A stretch of DNA of 64,000 nucleotides from assembly GCA_028534125.1 (NCBI GenBank), contig CM052818.1, forward strand, positions 36,024,001 to 36,088,000, given 5' to 3'. Positions 26,301 through 38,630 of the stretch are shown here, piece after piece. Within the stretch, counting starts at the first letter, position 1; each line of letters starts with the position of its first letter. Made by a program: the position numbers and the translations under genes. Under the pieces are notes generated by a model. It did no database searches, was not told the origin of the DNA, and saw nothing but the letters and a program-made list of their open reading frames with translations. Source of the stretch: Lama glama (lineage: Eukaryota).

Positions 26301-26949
26301 TTGGTTTAAGACTAGAAAAATCAATAAGAACACACCATGTTAAAAGCCAAAAAGAAAAAAAATCAACTTTTCAAAGCCCAAAGAAAAGGCATTAAATAAA
26401 ATCCTATACCTAGTGAAGATTTAAACAACAATAACAACAAAAGAAACAGTAAGAAAAACTAGGAAAAGAATTTTCTTAATCTAGTAACATGTATCTACAG
26501 AAAAACCTACTCCAAATGTTACACTAAATGGTGAAATATGGAAAATACTCCCTCTAAAACCAGGAAAAAACAGGGGTATTGTATCATCATTTCTAATTTA
26601 CTTTATTGTTCTGGAGTTCTTAGCCAACACAATCATGTAAAATAAATAAGGATTGGAAATATAGAAATAAAACCATTTTCTGCAGATAACAAAACATTAG
26701 AATTAATAACCGAGTTTAGTAAGTTTGCAAGAAATCAAATCAACATTAAAAAATCAACTACATTTATATTTACCATCAATAATAATTAGAAAATATAAAG
26801 ATATTCATGTTGCAAGTATCAAAAACTAACAAGTGTCTGTTTTCAGGTGAGATGGAATATGCATATTCCACTCTCTCCCACTGAATGCTGTAAAATCTAA
26901 ACAGAATGAATGCATGAAGTAGCTCTTTGATGACCCTAAACATAAATAG

Positions 26950-27780
26950 GAAAAGATGAGCAACATCACTAGCCATCAATGAAATACAAATCAAAACCAC
27001 AGTGAGGTACCACTTAACACCCACTAGGATGTCAATAATCAAAATGAAGGGCATTAATAAGTATTGGCAAGGATGTGGAGAAATTGGAACCCTCATATGA
27101 CGTCACAAAGAATGTAAAACAGTGCAGCCACATGTGGAAGAGAAATTCATGAGTACTGGAACTTGGCCACAGAAAAATTCATACACAAATGTTCATAGCA
27201 GCAGCATTTGTAATTGGCAGAAGTGGAAACAACCTGAATGTCCATCAACTAATGAATGGATAAACAAAATGTTATCTATACAACAGAATATTATTCAGCC
27301 ATAAACAGGAATGAAAAGTAGATTCATGCTAGAACATGGACGAACCTTGAAAACATTATGCTAAATGAAAAAGCCACACAGAAAAGGCACATATTGAATG
27401 ATTTCAAAAGGCACATATTCAATGATTTCATATATTAGTCAGGACTCTCCAGGGTAGGAATTGGCGCACATGACTGTGGGGCCTGGTAAGCTCAGAATTT
27501 GCCAGCAGGCTGGACATTCAGAGAAGAATTAATATTGTAGGCTTGAGTCCGTGGCAGAATTCCCTCTTCCTCTAGGACTCTGGCTTTTCTTCCTAAGATC
27601 TTCAACTGATTGAATGAGTGACTTCTAATGGGTATAGGCTTTCTTTTTGGGGTGATAAAAATATTCCAGAATTAGATAGTGATGATGGTTACACAGTTCT
27701 GTGAATATAGAAAAAGGGACTGAAATGTATACTTTAAAAGAGCAAATTTTATAGTATGTGAATTAAATCTCACTTTAAAT
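26950..27780 (+). mobile_element. L1MB-type 3' end
   Basis: 'aaaagatgagcaacatcactagccatc..gaaatacaaatcaaaaccacagtgaggtaccact...ttttggggtgataaaaatattccagaattagatagtgatgatggtt'. Confidence 0.85.
27431..27618 (-). mobile_element. MLT2-type (ERVL) LTR fragment
   Basis: 'tattagtcaggactctccag..ggaattggcgcacatgactgtggggcctggtaag..ggcagaattccctcttcct..cttcaactgattgaatgag'. Confidence 0.7.
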
Positions 27781-28819
27781 GTTATCTTTAAAATTCTAGC
27801 AGAAGTTTTTATGAATATAGACAAGCTGATTCTAAAATCTATTGGAAAGACAAAGGAACTAAAATGGCTAAAACAATTTTGAAGTAGAAGAATAAAGTTG
27901 AAGGAAACATACTATTCAATCTTAAGATCTGCTATAAAGCTACAGTAATCAAGATAGCTACCATGAATTCAACTCTGAGTCCAAAGATAGACTTTTAATA
28001 ACGGGAAAAGTTTTTTTATTCTAAAATTTTTTGTCACTAATTTATTCAATTATTTATATATTCCTGGTTCAAAAAATACAGATTTTAGTCACCTTACCAA
28101 AATAAATACATTATTGAATGAATGAATGAATGAAATACAAGTGAAAACATAAGGATAAAACAAAGTCCAAAAGTCACTTCAAAGTAATACACACATATGC
28201 AAATTGTAAGGTCCCTCTAGAATTATAAGGAGATTTAGCTAAGAGCTTCTCTAGAAGCCAACTCCAAAAAAGAAGAAAAGTCACTTGCACGTCCACAGTA
28301 TTCATAAGATAAAAGATAAAAGTAGATGTTCAAGGGAAAATATTGTTTCCTGATTCTGTAAATCGAGAGAAATTTCTCCCATTTAGGAAAATACAAGTGG
28401 ATGAGGGCCATGGGGGTGTTTTGATGTTGACAGCCTTGAAACCAGCAGCTTCAGCAGTGACAAGAAGTAGCATCGCTGGCACAAATATCAACAATTTGAC
28501 ACCAGGTATTGGCAGCCTGGGAACAGAGATCAGTAAGAGTCGGCAGCCAGCCAGGGTGTGGCCTTCAGCTGGCCTCTGAAAAAAGATCAAGAACAGAAAC
28601 TTCAAGGCAGCCAAAAGAACAAATTCACAGAACACTTTTGAGAAACCACACAGATTCCAAGAATTCTTTACAAGGAAACAGAGTTCTTAGAATGTGGGGG
28701 AAAGAGTCAGAGAAATATTGCGATGTAACTATTATTCAGGTCCTCAGACCCCCCGACCATGTGATGTGTTTTTCTTTTCATTTTTTTGTTTTTATGAAAC
28801 CAACACATATATCTCTTTT

Positions 28820-30140
28820 AAAAAATTAAATAGAAGTGTTAGTTAACAGTGGAAAATAGCAGAAGTCTGCTCCTTTGATCCTCATTCCCAAATTCCCACT
28901 CCCCTTAAGCAATTTCTTTAAACTTTTTTGGCTGTTTCTTCTGGTTTTATCTCCATTAATCTAAATTATGTGCTCACACTGTCATTTCTTAATTTTTTTT
29001 TTTACTTTAGCTATTAACTATTGACTTGCTATTATGGTAAATGAAGATTTAGCTGTGATAGTGTGTATTATGCTAACACTTCATTTGTGAACAACTTCAT
29101 GTTTTTCCCAGTATAGATAACTGCTTTAGGGTTTTTTGTTACTTGTTTGCTTACTTCCCATGTCAAAATCATTAATTCAACTCTAAACTATCCAATAGAA
29201 CTAAAAATCATTTTCTGAATACATCAAAATATATCAGATACTCTACAAGTAGTTTTCTCCCTGAAAATATCCCTCCTGGAGCCCTCTGCCTTCATTCACT
29301 TATCTGTACTGGTCACTCACTAGGCCTACTGCCCAGCTATCATCCTGAAACTTCCTATCACTAAAATCCTGGGAATTCATTTTCCACTTCCTTATGTGTC
29401 ATTTCTTCTGTTTTCCTGAATCCAGTGTCTTTCTCTTTCTTGGCTTCTTCCTTTTTCATGTCATTTAGTGTTGCTGAGTAAGTGTCATTATTTTACTCTT
29501 GTTATCAGAGTAATAATTTGCCTAGGTATACAACTTTAGGTTGGAAATAACTTTTCTCCAGAACTTCAAGGCACTGCTTCATTTTTTTTTCCTCCAGACT
29601 AATCAATGTTCTTGTTCTGTTTTGTTTGTTTTCTGAGCCCTGAATTGCTTCTCTTTTCTTTGAATTCTTGTTATGGCTTGTTTGTGCATTTAGTGTTTGT
29701 TGTCTTTGTCTCTCTTGTTTAAGTCTTTTTCAAATATCTATTGATCTTTTGTTGTCCATTTATATTGTAAAATAAGGCACTAAAACACTGACTGAAAGAT
29801 TTGAATATGTGTGCCAGACTTTCAGCTGGTGAGCATCATGGTGGGTGATTGAGATTAAAATTTTCTTTAGAGCTACTCACTTTCTCCAGGAAAAAAAAAC
29901 TTGAACCTTCTGATTGGTGGATGCATGGGGTCAGAGCTATCAGCATTCTAACTTTCAGCTTTTTTGGCACTGAGAAACTCAAGAGAGTGGGTGAAGTATC
30001 ATCCTTCCCTATATGGACTTTGTCTTCATCTCATTCTTTTTAGTAGGGGGCTCGTGCTTTGCCTACCACTGTGCTTGTCTCCAGACTGGGACTTGTCTTT
30101 TCAATTTATCCACGGATAAAATCCCAATTGTCTGCTTTGA
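28820..30140 (-). mobile_element. HAL1/L1ME-like ancient LINE fragments
   Basis: 'tttaaacttttttggctgtttcttctggtttt', 'taatttgcctaggtatacaactttaggttggaaataacttttctccagaactt', 'aaggcactaaaacactgactgaaag'. Confidence 0.6.
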
Positions 30141-30312
30141 GCATTGGAAAGAAATTAGTATGTTATATCAAAGAAAATACAGTCAGATATTCCGAATAGG
30201 AAAAGATATTGAGAAAAGGATATTTAACAGTTAAGCACAGCAGATTGAACATATGTCACTTACTTCTGTTGCCTTTAGAAGCTCTGCTAAAATGAGAATA
30301 AAAAAAATTTTT

Positions 30313-30460
30313 TTGAGTGAGGGTAGATTTATTCAGAGAGATACATTGAAAGGCAAGAGAAAGGCCACGACGTGTGGGGGTTGGGTGCTCAGATTAAAAG
30401 TAGCTACACACTCCATAGACAGCTGTGGGTCGTCTCTGAAGAGGGAGAGAGAAGACGGCC
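30313..30460 (-). mobile_element. Short retrocopy of an ERV1 (MER41-like) LTR R region with L1-type TSD
   Basis: Minus strand ...gctgtctatggagtgtgtagctactt...atctctctgAATAAAtctaccctcactc(A)n is homologous to 63200-63369; flanked by gagaataaaa(aaaa)ttttt at 30294-30312 and 30461-30475. Confidence 0.75.
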
Positions 30461-30519
30461 GAGAATAAAATTTTTGAAATGAACAAACACAGTAAAGGGA
30501 GAACATGAATGGTGATGAA

Positions 30520-31645
30520 GCAGTCAGAGTTCTGGCAGAAAAAGAGAATGGTACACGCAAAGGAGAATTGAGTAGACTTTAATAAGGAAACTATTTATAA
30601 AGGTGCGGGCAGAATTAAGAGAACTAGTAAGGGATGGTGAGGTACATGGGAGCTGACAACACTGCCATCACCATCCCTAAGCCTGAAAGGGCAAGTGGAG
30701 TGACTACTGGAAACTGGCAAGAACTCCAGGCAGAGAAGCAGCAGCACCCTACAGGAGCCATGGAGTTAGACAGAAGTATTCTGCCACTCCCAAAACTGTG
30801 GCCTCCCAGGGAGGAAGTCTATTGGAAGAGGGCAGAAATGGGAATAAATACTCTTACATCTACAATTCTATCCCTTTCCACTCTTTTTAAATTTTTTTTT
30901 ATTTTTTTAAATTGAAGTATAATTGATTTGCAATGTTGTGTTAGTTTCAGGTATACAGCAAAGTGATCCAGTTTTACGTATATATGTATGTGTGTATATA
31001 TTTTTTTCTTTTCCATTATAGATTAATATAAGATATTGAAGATAGTTCCCTGTGCCATACAGTAGGTCCCTATTTATCTATTTTATATATTGTAGTATAT
31101 ATATATATTAATCTCAAACTCCTAATTTATCCTTCACCCCTCTTCCTCTTTGGTAACCATAAGTTTGTTTTCTTTGTCTGTGAGTCTATTTCTGTTTTTT
31201 AAATAAATTTATGAAAATTTTTATTTTTGCAAAAAATATATATTTTTTAGATTCCACATATAAGTGATATGATATATCGGTCTTCCTCTGTCTGACTTAC
31301 TTCAGGTAATCTCTAGGTCCATCCATGTTGCTGCAAATGGCATTATTTCTTTTTTTTTATGAATGATAATATTCCATTGTGTATGTGTGTGTGTATATAT
31401 ATATGTAAATATATATATACACACATATCTATACCACAACTTCTTTATCTATTCATCTGTCAATGGACATTTATCACCTCCCACTCTTCAGTCTTCTGCC
31501 AGTACCTCCAATTAGCTGAAAACCAACTAGAAGCCAGAAGTCAAGGAAGCTCAAGTCCGTAGAAATTATCTTCTCAGGACACAGGTGGGGCATAAAAATA
31601 TGGAGACTGTATTTGGAGAAACAAAATAGATAAATAACACAAGTA
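30520..31645 (-). mobile_element. ERVL LTR (LTR40/LTR41-like), split by an L1
   Basis: 'gtcagagttctggcagaa..aatggtacacgcaaa..tttaataaggaaactatttataaaggtgcgggcag'; continues at 31473 with 'gtcttctgccagtacctccaattagctgaaaaccaactagaagccagaag'. Confidence 0.6.
30886..31472 (-). mobile_element. Cetartiodactyl L1 3' end with degenerate ~16-bp TSD
   Basis: polyT then 'aattgaagtataattgatttgcaatgttgtgttagtttcagg...tttggtaaccataagtttgttt'; TSD atccctttccactctt / atcacctcccactctt. Confidence 0.9.
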
Positions 31646-32674
31646 TAGACAAAGTATGTCAACAAAGTTTTGGAAGATGAAAATTGGATAAACTTGAATT
31701 GAGAAAGCTTAATACAAGGGTAATATGCTAAGAAGAAAGCTGAAATCACCAGAGCATCTTGGAAATGCCCAGAATTTGGAAGCACTAGGCATCTCTAAAG
31801 GCAGAAATCCATGGTACCTCTGAAAAGAGAAGGGTTGTCTGAAAAACTTTAAGTGGCTTGCTCATACCAATAGAACTCCATTCTGCAGAGACAGCTGGAC
31901 TGTCTTCCCCACTCCAGCAGAATAGTGAGTATCTAGAAACTTATAGCATCTAGACACAGAGATATCAGTTGAAAGCAAGGATAATTATTTGTATACTACT
32001 CAGAGGGGTATCATAATTTTTTAGAGAGTGTAAAGTAGAACTAATAATTATTATTTTAAAATTACTAAAACAAGCCACAGGCAATTTTTAATTCTAACAT
32101 GGGTAAAAAGTTATCTAATCAGTAGGACACTACTTGGTGGACTTGGCTGTAAGTGAGCAAGACTTATATAATAAGACAGTGTGAGCACATTATAAATACT
32201 GATTGAAATAAAACAACATGCTACAAATACACTGGGAGGATAAAGGGAAGGAAGAGGGTGTTAAGTGTGCTAAACTCTGTTAATAGGAAGTCAATTGATA
32301 GTATGTAAATAACAATGTAAGAATATTTTTAGAAATACAGAACCCAAAACTAGAAGACACAGATAAAAGAATTCAAAGTTTTACTTTGGGGAGCAAGTGT
32401 CAGGGGTGGCAATGGTTGTCTAGAGTTCTACTTTTGTCATTGTAAGTCTCACCATATCAGACTTTTTCAAGATATGTATATATTGAACTTTGATAAAAAT
32501 TAAAATAAATTTTTATAAAAGGAATAAAATGTGTGTTGTCATTAAAGTAGTCAGGTTTACTCAAAGCCTGGGAACTAAAGGCAAAGTTGAGCCTAACATG
32601 CCTAAGGGGAGGGGCAAGTGGTTAAGGACATATTGGTTCTCATCATGAATTCTGAGAATTCAGAAGTACTAAGT

Positions 32675-33117
32675 ACTAACAGAATGTGAAATAAAATTCA
32701 TATCTTATGGCAAGACAAGAAACATTCAAAATTTTTTCTCTGTCCTTTAGGCTCCTTTCTCCTCTCACTGCACATTCTGTATTTGCATTATACATTGACC
32801 AAATCTTCCCCAGGGGCAGAAATACCTGCTCAAACATTAAAGAACAATATTCTCCTACCATCAATAAGACAACTCCTTAAAGATAACATTCTTTCTTGAT
32901 CTCATAAGGGGTCACATGGCACTTAGATCTGGATTATGTAAACTGCCAATAATACATCATTTGATGCATAGCTTATATAACTGTGCCTTGACTTCTAACA
33001 GGGAGAACAGTTCTCAAAGCTTTCTGAGATGCTCTTCCCGGTTTATAATCCTCAAATTTGGCACAAATAGAATTTTCCATTTTTTTCTTAGATCAACTGA
33101 TTAATTTTTCGTTGGCA
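32675..33117 (+). mobile_element. ERV1-type solo LTR
   Basis: 'actccttaaagataacatt..', TATA-like 'cttatataactgtgcc', 'gaacagttctcaaagctttctgagatgctcttcccgg..ataatcctcaaatttggc', ends 'tttttcgttggca'. Confidence 0.6.
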
Positions 33118-33614
33118 AGAAGCTGTCATTAACTTGTGAAAACAACAGAAATGTGTTTTAGATATGCCAGATCATATCCTAAAACACTGTTCAGGGAAAA
33201 ATTCCAACCAACTGAGAGATTAATCAATTATAAATGTAAGGCAATGGTGGAATAGCTCCTATCAAATCACTCTTCTGGTGGATAAGAAGTATAAATTCTG
33301 GAGAAACTTGTCAAACAAATAAACAAACAAAACTGAAAGAAACAAACAAACAACCTGAAAAGGCAAGAGAAAGACCAAACTCAGGCAAAAAGTAAGAGGG
33401 TTGGGGAAAGGTTACATTTGAAAAAAAGGAGTGACTCTGAATACGTTTCTCATTGTTGGCTTTCAGCTTGAGGAAAGATGCTCTGGAGGCCAGTAACACT
33501 AAAGAAAAAGCAGTGTTACTGGTTTAAAGAACAAAGAAGAGTTAGAGGTGACCACAGCTCATTGTAGTTTTGATTTACCTTTCCACAATGATTAGTGATA
33601 TTGAGCAGTATGCA

Positions 33615-34368
33615 CGTGAAAAGATCCTCAATATCACTAGTCATTATGGAAAGGTAAATCAAAACTACAATGATACCACCTCTCCTCCATTAGGATGGCA
33701 ATTATCAAAAAAAAAGAAAATGACAAGTGTTGGCAAGAACGTGGAGAAATTGGAACGCCTGTACATTGCTAATGGGAGTGTAAAATAGTACAGTTATTGT
33801 GGAAAACAGATTGGTGTCCTTAAAAATTAAACTAGAATTACCATATGACACTGTTGTTCTACTTTCAGGTATATACTCAAAAGAATTGAAAACAGGGACT
33901 CAAACAGATACTGGTAGGCCAATGTTCATTGCAGCATTAATCACAATAGCTACAAGATGGAAACAATTTAAATATCCATCAATAAATGAAAGGATAAACA
34001 AACTGTGGTATATACATATGGAGGAATATTATTTAGCCATGAAAAAGAATGGTGTTCTGATACATGCTGCAACATGGAAGAACCTTGAAAATATTATGTT
34101 AAGTGAAATAAGCCAGACATAAAAGGAAAAGTGCTGAATGAGTCCACTTATATGAAATATCCAGAATAAGCAAATTCACAGAAACAGAAAGTAGACTAGA
34201 AATTACCGGGATCTGGGGGAATGGGTAGAAAAAGGAATTATTGCTTAATGGGTACAGAGCTTCTGTTTGAGTTAATGAAAAAGTTTTGAAAACAGATTGC
34301 GGGGTTGATTGCACAACATTGTGAATGTAATTAATGTAACTGAATTGTACTTAAAAATAGTTAAATTA
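33615..34368 (+). mobile_element. L1MB-type 3' end with ORF2 C-terminal remnant
   Basis: ORF 33799-34122 (ELPYD..GIYSKELK..PMFIAALITIATRWKQ..INKLWYIHMEEYY..HAATWKNLENIMLSEISQT) is the L1 ORF2p end. Confidence 0.92.
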
Positions 34369-34519
34369 TGGCCTCTGTGTCATTATTTTTATCCCAAGTC
34401 TACTGCTTTTCTCTAGATTAATATTAAATTTTGCTTAGAACTGTAGTTTATAAGATTTATATGGGAGTTGGTTGTAAAATATACTAGCAATACCATACTT
34501 ATTTGGGAAACTGGCATAC

Positions 34520-34700
34520 AAGGCTGTGTTTCTTAAAATATGGTCTGAGGATAACCTGCATCGAAGTCACCTAAGGATGGTTGATAAAATGCAGATTCCT
34601 GGTTCCAACCAAGATTTACTAAACCAGCATTGGGGGGGGGGGATGAAGCCAATGAATTTGTATTTTAACCATTATTCCAAGGAGAAACAATGGTTAGATT
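34520..34700. mobile_element. MER5A-type MITE
   Basis: 'gtgtttcttaaaatatggtctgagga..cctgcatcgaagtcacct..aaaatgcagattcctgg..tttgtattttaacc'. Confidence 0.7.
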
Positions 34701-35112
34701 TAGGCAATTGTATTTATGCATAGTTGGTTAAGCTTTCTAAATTTGATGAGAAGGGCTATTCCTGATAGCCCCCTGAAACTTTGGAAAGATGGAACACTTG
34801 AGAGACTTCGGTTGAATTAACCCAACCTTGGAGTAGCTGAAGGAGTACATAAGACCCCTTGATCTAGACTAAACAGAGTAAGACAGGAAAGGGGAAAGGA
34901 AGGCATTTTCTACATATTTGAGAATTTAGATTCAAAGGATTGAATAAGGGGAGGGTGTTTGTTGTGTATGTTTTCAGGGTAAAAGAGTAGCATGTTATAT
35001 TATTATACCGTATTCATTGTCTATGTAACCCTGAGGAATTTGATTACAGCTCCGTACAGCATAATTTTAAGTAAGACATAGAATAGAGGAATGCCATCTC
35101 AAGTAGTGTATA

Positions 35113-35292
35113 GCACTGATTTTCAAATTTCAGGGTGAATAAGAGTTGCCTCACCATCTCCTCCCATTTCCCCCCAATCCCCTACCAGAAATTCTGATTC
35201 AGAAGATTTGGTGCAGGACCCAGAGTCTTCATTTTAAATAAAAATTCTAGGATATTCTTATGCTGGTGGTCTATACTTGGAGAAACATTTGG
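35113..35292. mobile_element. MER5-type MITE
   Basis: 'cactgattttcaaattt..ccagaaattctgattcagaagatttgg..attcttatgctggtggtc..cttggagaaacatt'. Confidence 0.65.
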
Positions 35293-35999
35293 GCTGCACT
35301 TAATATGTCCTGAACTAGCTCTCTGGCTCTCTGGGTAGAGCATCAAAAGAACACTTGTAAAAGGACTGAACTACCCAATTTCATGAGTCCCAAGTGGAGA
35401 ACTAGCAAGGACTGAAGAAGCAGGAGCATGCACGTGCAGGCAGGACATTTCTGATACTCTGCTAAGCTCCTTGAGAAGGGAAAACAACACCCTAGGTTTC
35501 CTGACTTTAACAGTAAAATAACAGCAGCAAAACCAAATCGCCCCACCACACACATTTGCCAGTCAGTGTTGGATGCACACTTTACCCACTAGGAGGAGCC
35601 CAAGGATTTCTACACACAAACTTCATTCAGTGCAGCAGGAAATCTGACACAGGTCAAGGACATTTGGGGGCTTTATTGTTAAGGGTGGGGCAAAGGATAA
35701 AAGGTAGAAAGCATTTGCTTACAGTGGAATGTCTTTTCCTTCAGGCCCCTATTTAAATCTCTGTATCTTAAAAAGTGGTGCTCTGAGGCAGCCTTGGCTG
35801 GCTCAGAAAAAGTATTAAACATTAAAGAATTAGTATTCTAACAGTATTAGTATTAAAGAAAAAGTATTCTAACAATACTATATTCAACATTGCTAAAAGA
35901 ATAAATCTCAAAATTTCTCAGCTGTGTATTAAAGCATGATGTTGTACACTTTAAATCTACACGATGATCTATGTCATTTATATCTCAATAGAGCTGGAA

Positions 36000-36463
36000 A
36001 GAGAAAAAATTATTCTAACACTTGTTAAAATGGTTAAACGAGACTTCACTCAAGACTATTGCAATAGGTGTCAAGACTGTCCCAATGGGGAGAGAGATCA
36101 GGCTCAACTTTGTAGACAAACGGGGGTTTACAGCCAAGGGACAGAGAGAGGGGGTCAGTGGATGGGAAATTACAAAGAGGAGACATCAAGGGTAGGGGTC
36201 CTGCTAAACCGACTTAGCAGGATTCTTGCTAAAGGCTGACCAAGGACTTAAGACATCAAAGGTGGTGGTGAAGAACTTGATCAGATATTGAGAGTTATCA
36301 GATATCAAGGATGGGAGATTCTCTCTAAAGTGACTTGGCAGGATTCTTGCTAAAACTGGGCAATGCAGGCCTGGGCTTATGGGGGAGGCCAAGGTTGAGG
36401 CCCAGCCAAGAAGAGGTTCTCAGGGAAGCCTAACTAAAGTTTGGTCCAGGAGAGTCTTGGTCA
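36000..36463 (-). mobile_element. MER31-like ERV1 solo LTR
   Basis: 'gagaaaaaattattctaacacttgttaaaatgg..caagactattgcaataggtgtcaagact..gcaggattcttgctaaa (twice)..ctaaagtttggtccaggagagtcttggtca'. Confidence 0.8.
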
Positions 36464-36819
36464 GGGTTTATGAGAAAGGGCTCTTTTTGTCTTGTTTCCC
36501 TTTTACATTCTTTTTTTTCACTCTTCCTAGGATAAGATCAAGTGTGGCCCTGAGGGCAAAGGACCTGAGAGGCCTGCTTTTCACCCAGTCCTTGATCTTG
36601 ACATCCTACCTGGCTTAGCAGATTAGACTAGAAATCAGGCCAAATTCCCAGCCTGCAAAAGAGTGAATAATGTCCTTATCTTTCATTCATATATTTTTCT
36701 CACTGATGTAGTGGGGTGTCCATCTAGGTGGCTGGTGGACTATTTGGGGATACAGGATCCAAAAGTCTCTCTTTTATACACACAGCTCATCTTGATGATC
36801 TATAACTGAATATATAGTA

Positions 36820-36839
36820 AACACACACACACACACACA
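36820..36839. repeat. (CA)n microsatellite
   Basis: About 9 CA units. Confidence 0.9.
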
Positions 36840-37614
36840 TTTTGACTTAGAAAGTATGTATCTAAATACCTAAGCCCCTTTATTTTTCTAGACCTAGAAA
36901 CAGATTGAGTAATATTCCTAAATTTAATCTGACTCCCTAGAATATGTTATGAAAAACAAAAACCGAATGACCTACAAAGTGATCCAACCATCAAGACTGT
37001 CCTGTGTGTGCATTCCCACTCAGGGACAGGTAGAAAAGGTCCAGGACGTGCCAGAGCACCATCTTGTTATCTCGCTACTTTAAATAAATAAAATAAATAA
37101 ATAAACAAATAAATAAAAGGAGAATGTATGCCCCTTTAAAGATGAGAAAAAGACTTAGAAAGGCTAAATAATTTGTCCAAGGTAAAACTGTTGGAAAGGC
37201 AGAATGAGGAATTTAACTGAAGTCTGAGTTTAGAATCTTATTAAAATTATTTTAATTTTTATTATCATTTGAAAATAGGATATTTTAAACTGAAACAAAA
37301 TCGTAACACAGGCTTTGTAACCTATTTCTTCCAAATGATAAGTCATGAGTATTCTCCTACTTCATAGCCTTCAAATTCACTGTTGTTTTGTTTTTCACAA
37401 AACTTTTATACTTTTGGCAGCTTGAGAAGACATAGTTGATTCCTTTCCCTCCTATTTCCCCTTCACTGGGCCTAAAAAATGACCAAAGAAATGTAAAGTA
37501 AGGAACAATCTATCAGCACTAAAGACCAAGAAGAGAAGCATCCAAATATCAAACAATTTGAGAAATTTTACTAGATTTAGGGCAGATGGTATTAGATTAA
37601 AGAATACTCAGGCA

Positions 37615-37795
37615 AGTTTGCCAGATTTAGCAGATGAAAATATAGGGTGACCAGTTAAATATGAATTTCAGATAACAACACATAATAAATAATTCTTTAA
37701 TATAAAAACTATTTATACTATTGGCTCATGCAGTATTTGTTGTTCATCTAACATTCGAATTTAAACTGGGCATCCTGTATTTTGTCCAGTGATCA
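37615..37795. mobile_element. MER53-like palindromic MITE
   Basis: Long inverted arms: ttgccagatttagc..ccagttaaatatgaatttcagataacaac ... gttgttcatctaacattcgaatttaaactgggcatcctgtattttgtcc. Confidence 0.8.
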
Positions 37796-37840
37796 TACCT
37801 CGGAGCCCATTCACAGCTTCCCTGAAGGAACTTGAAGACC

Positions 37841-37917
37841 AGGAAGGAAGTGAGGGAGGGAGGAAGAAAGAAGGGAGGGAGGAGGTGAGGGAGAGAGGAG
37901 GGAGGAAAGGAGAGGGA
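37841..37917. repeat. Polypurine (GGA/GGGA) low-complexity tract
   Basis: About 75 nt of almost only A/G. Confidence 0.85.
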
Positions 37918-38084
37918 TGCTAAAGTTCAGATCAGGAGGGACAAGGGCTGGGACTGGAGGAGCATGGTGAGGCTGACTGGAAAATCTACAACTGGAGTTC
38001 CAATTTGTTGTTAAGGGGGTTGTAGTGGCCCTAAGCTCCAGGGATGTCAGTGACACAAAGCTGTAGAAAGCCTAAGGTAGAAAA

Positions 38085-38630
38085 ACGGGACCTCTCAAAT
38101 ACTGCTAGCGGATGAATTAATTAAAGCAGTTTTTCTAGAGGCCAATTTGACAATATGTCAAAAGCTTTAAAACAAGCATACACTTTACCTTATCAATATC
38201 TCTTCCAGGAATTTATTCTAAAGAAATAATGTATTCTTTAGAGTGTTCTTTATAATAACAAAGAAATGGGTACAACTTAAATAATAAACAACAGGATAAT
38301 GTTTAAGTTTGGTACATCCATACATTAAAGAATATATGATGCAGTCATTAAAAATGATACCATAGATTATTTATTGACATAGAAAATTTTTTCACTGTAT
38401 AGTTTAATTTTTCCTAAAAAAGGCAAGCTACAAAACTACATTATGGTAAGATACCATTCTTGTAAAAACATATAGATATATAAGTATGTATGTATTTTAT
38501 GCATAAAAAATGTCTAAAAGGGTATATATATACCAAAATGTTAACAATGGTTTTCTTTAATTAATTGAAATATGAATGGTAAGTTCTTTTCACTTATATC
38601 TATTTTATACATTTTCTTAAAAGTACATAT
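38085..38630 (+). mobile_element. L1ME4-like 3' fragment
   Basis: 'tttctagaggccaatttgacaatatgtcaaaagctttaaa..ttccaggaatttattctaaagaaataat..accaaaatgttaacaatggtt'. Confidence 0.7.

Larger units (their letters stand above)
25030..26835 (+). mobile_element. Old L1 ORF2 (RT region), interrupted by an MLT1 LTR
   Basis: 'ataactacagatgctgaagagattgaaagg', 'caaactattccagag..cccaactcattttatgaggc'; resumes after 26300 with 'tggtttaagactagaaaaatcaat' and 'gagtttagtaagtttgcaaga..aatcaacatt'. Confidence 0.85.

Noticed and set aside
37615..37795. Long hairpin or pre-miRNA candidate
   Set aside because: Explained by the palindromic structure of a MER53-like MITE.
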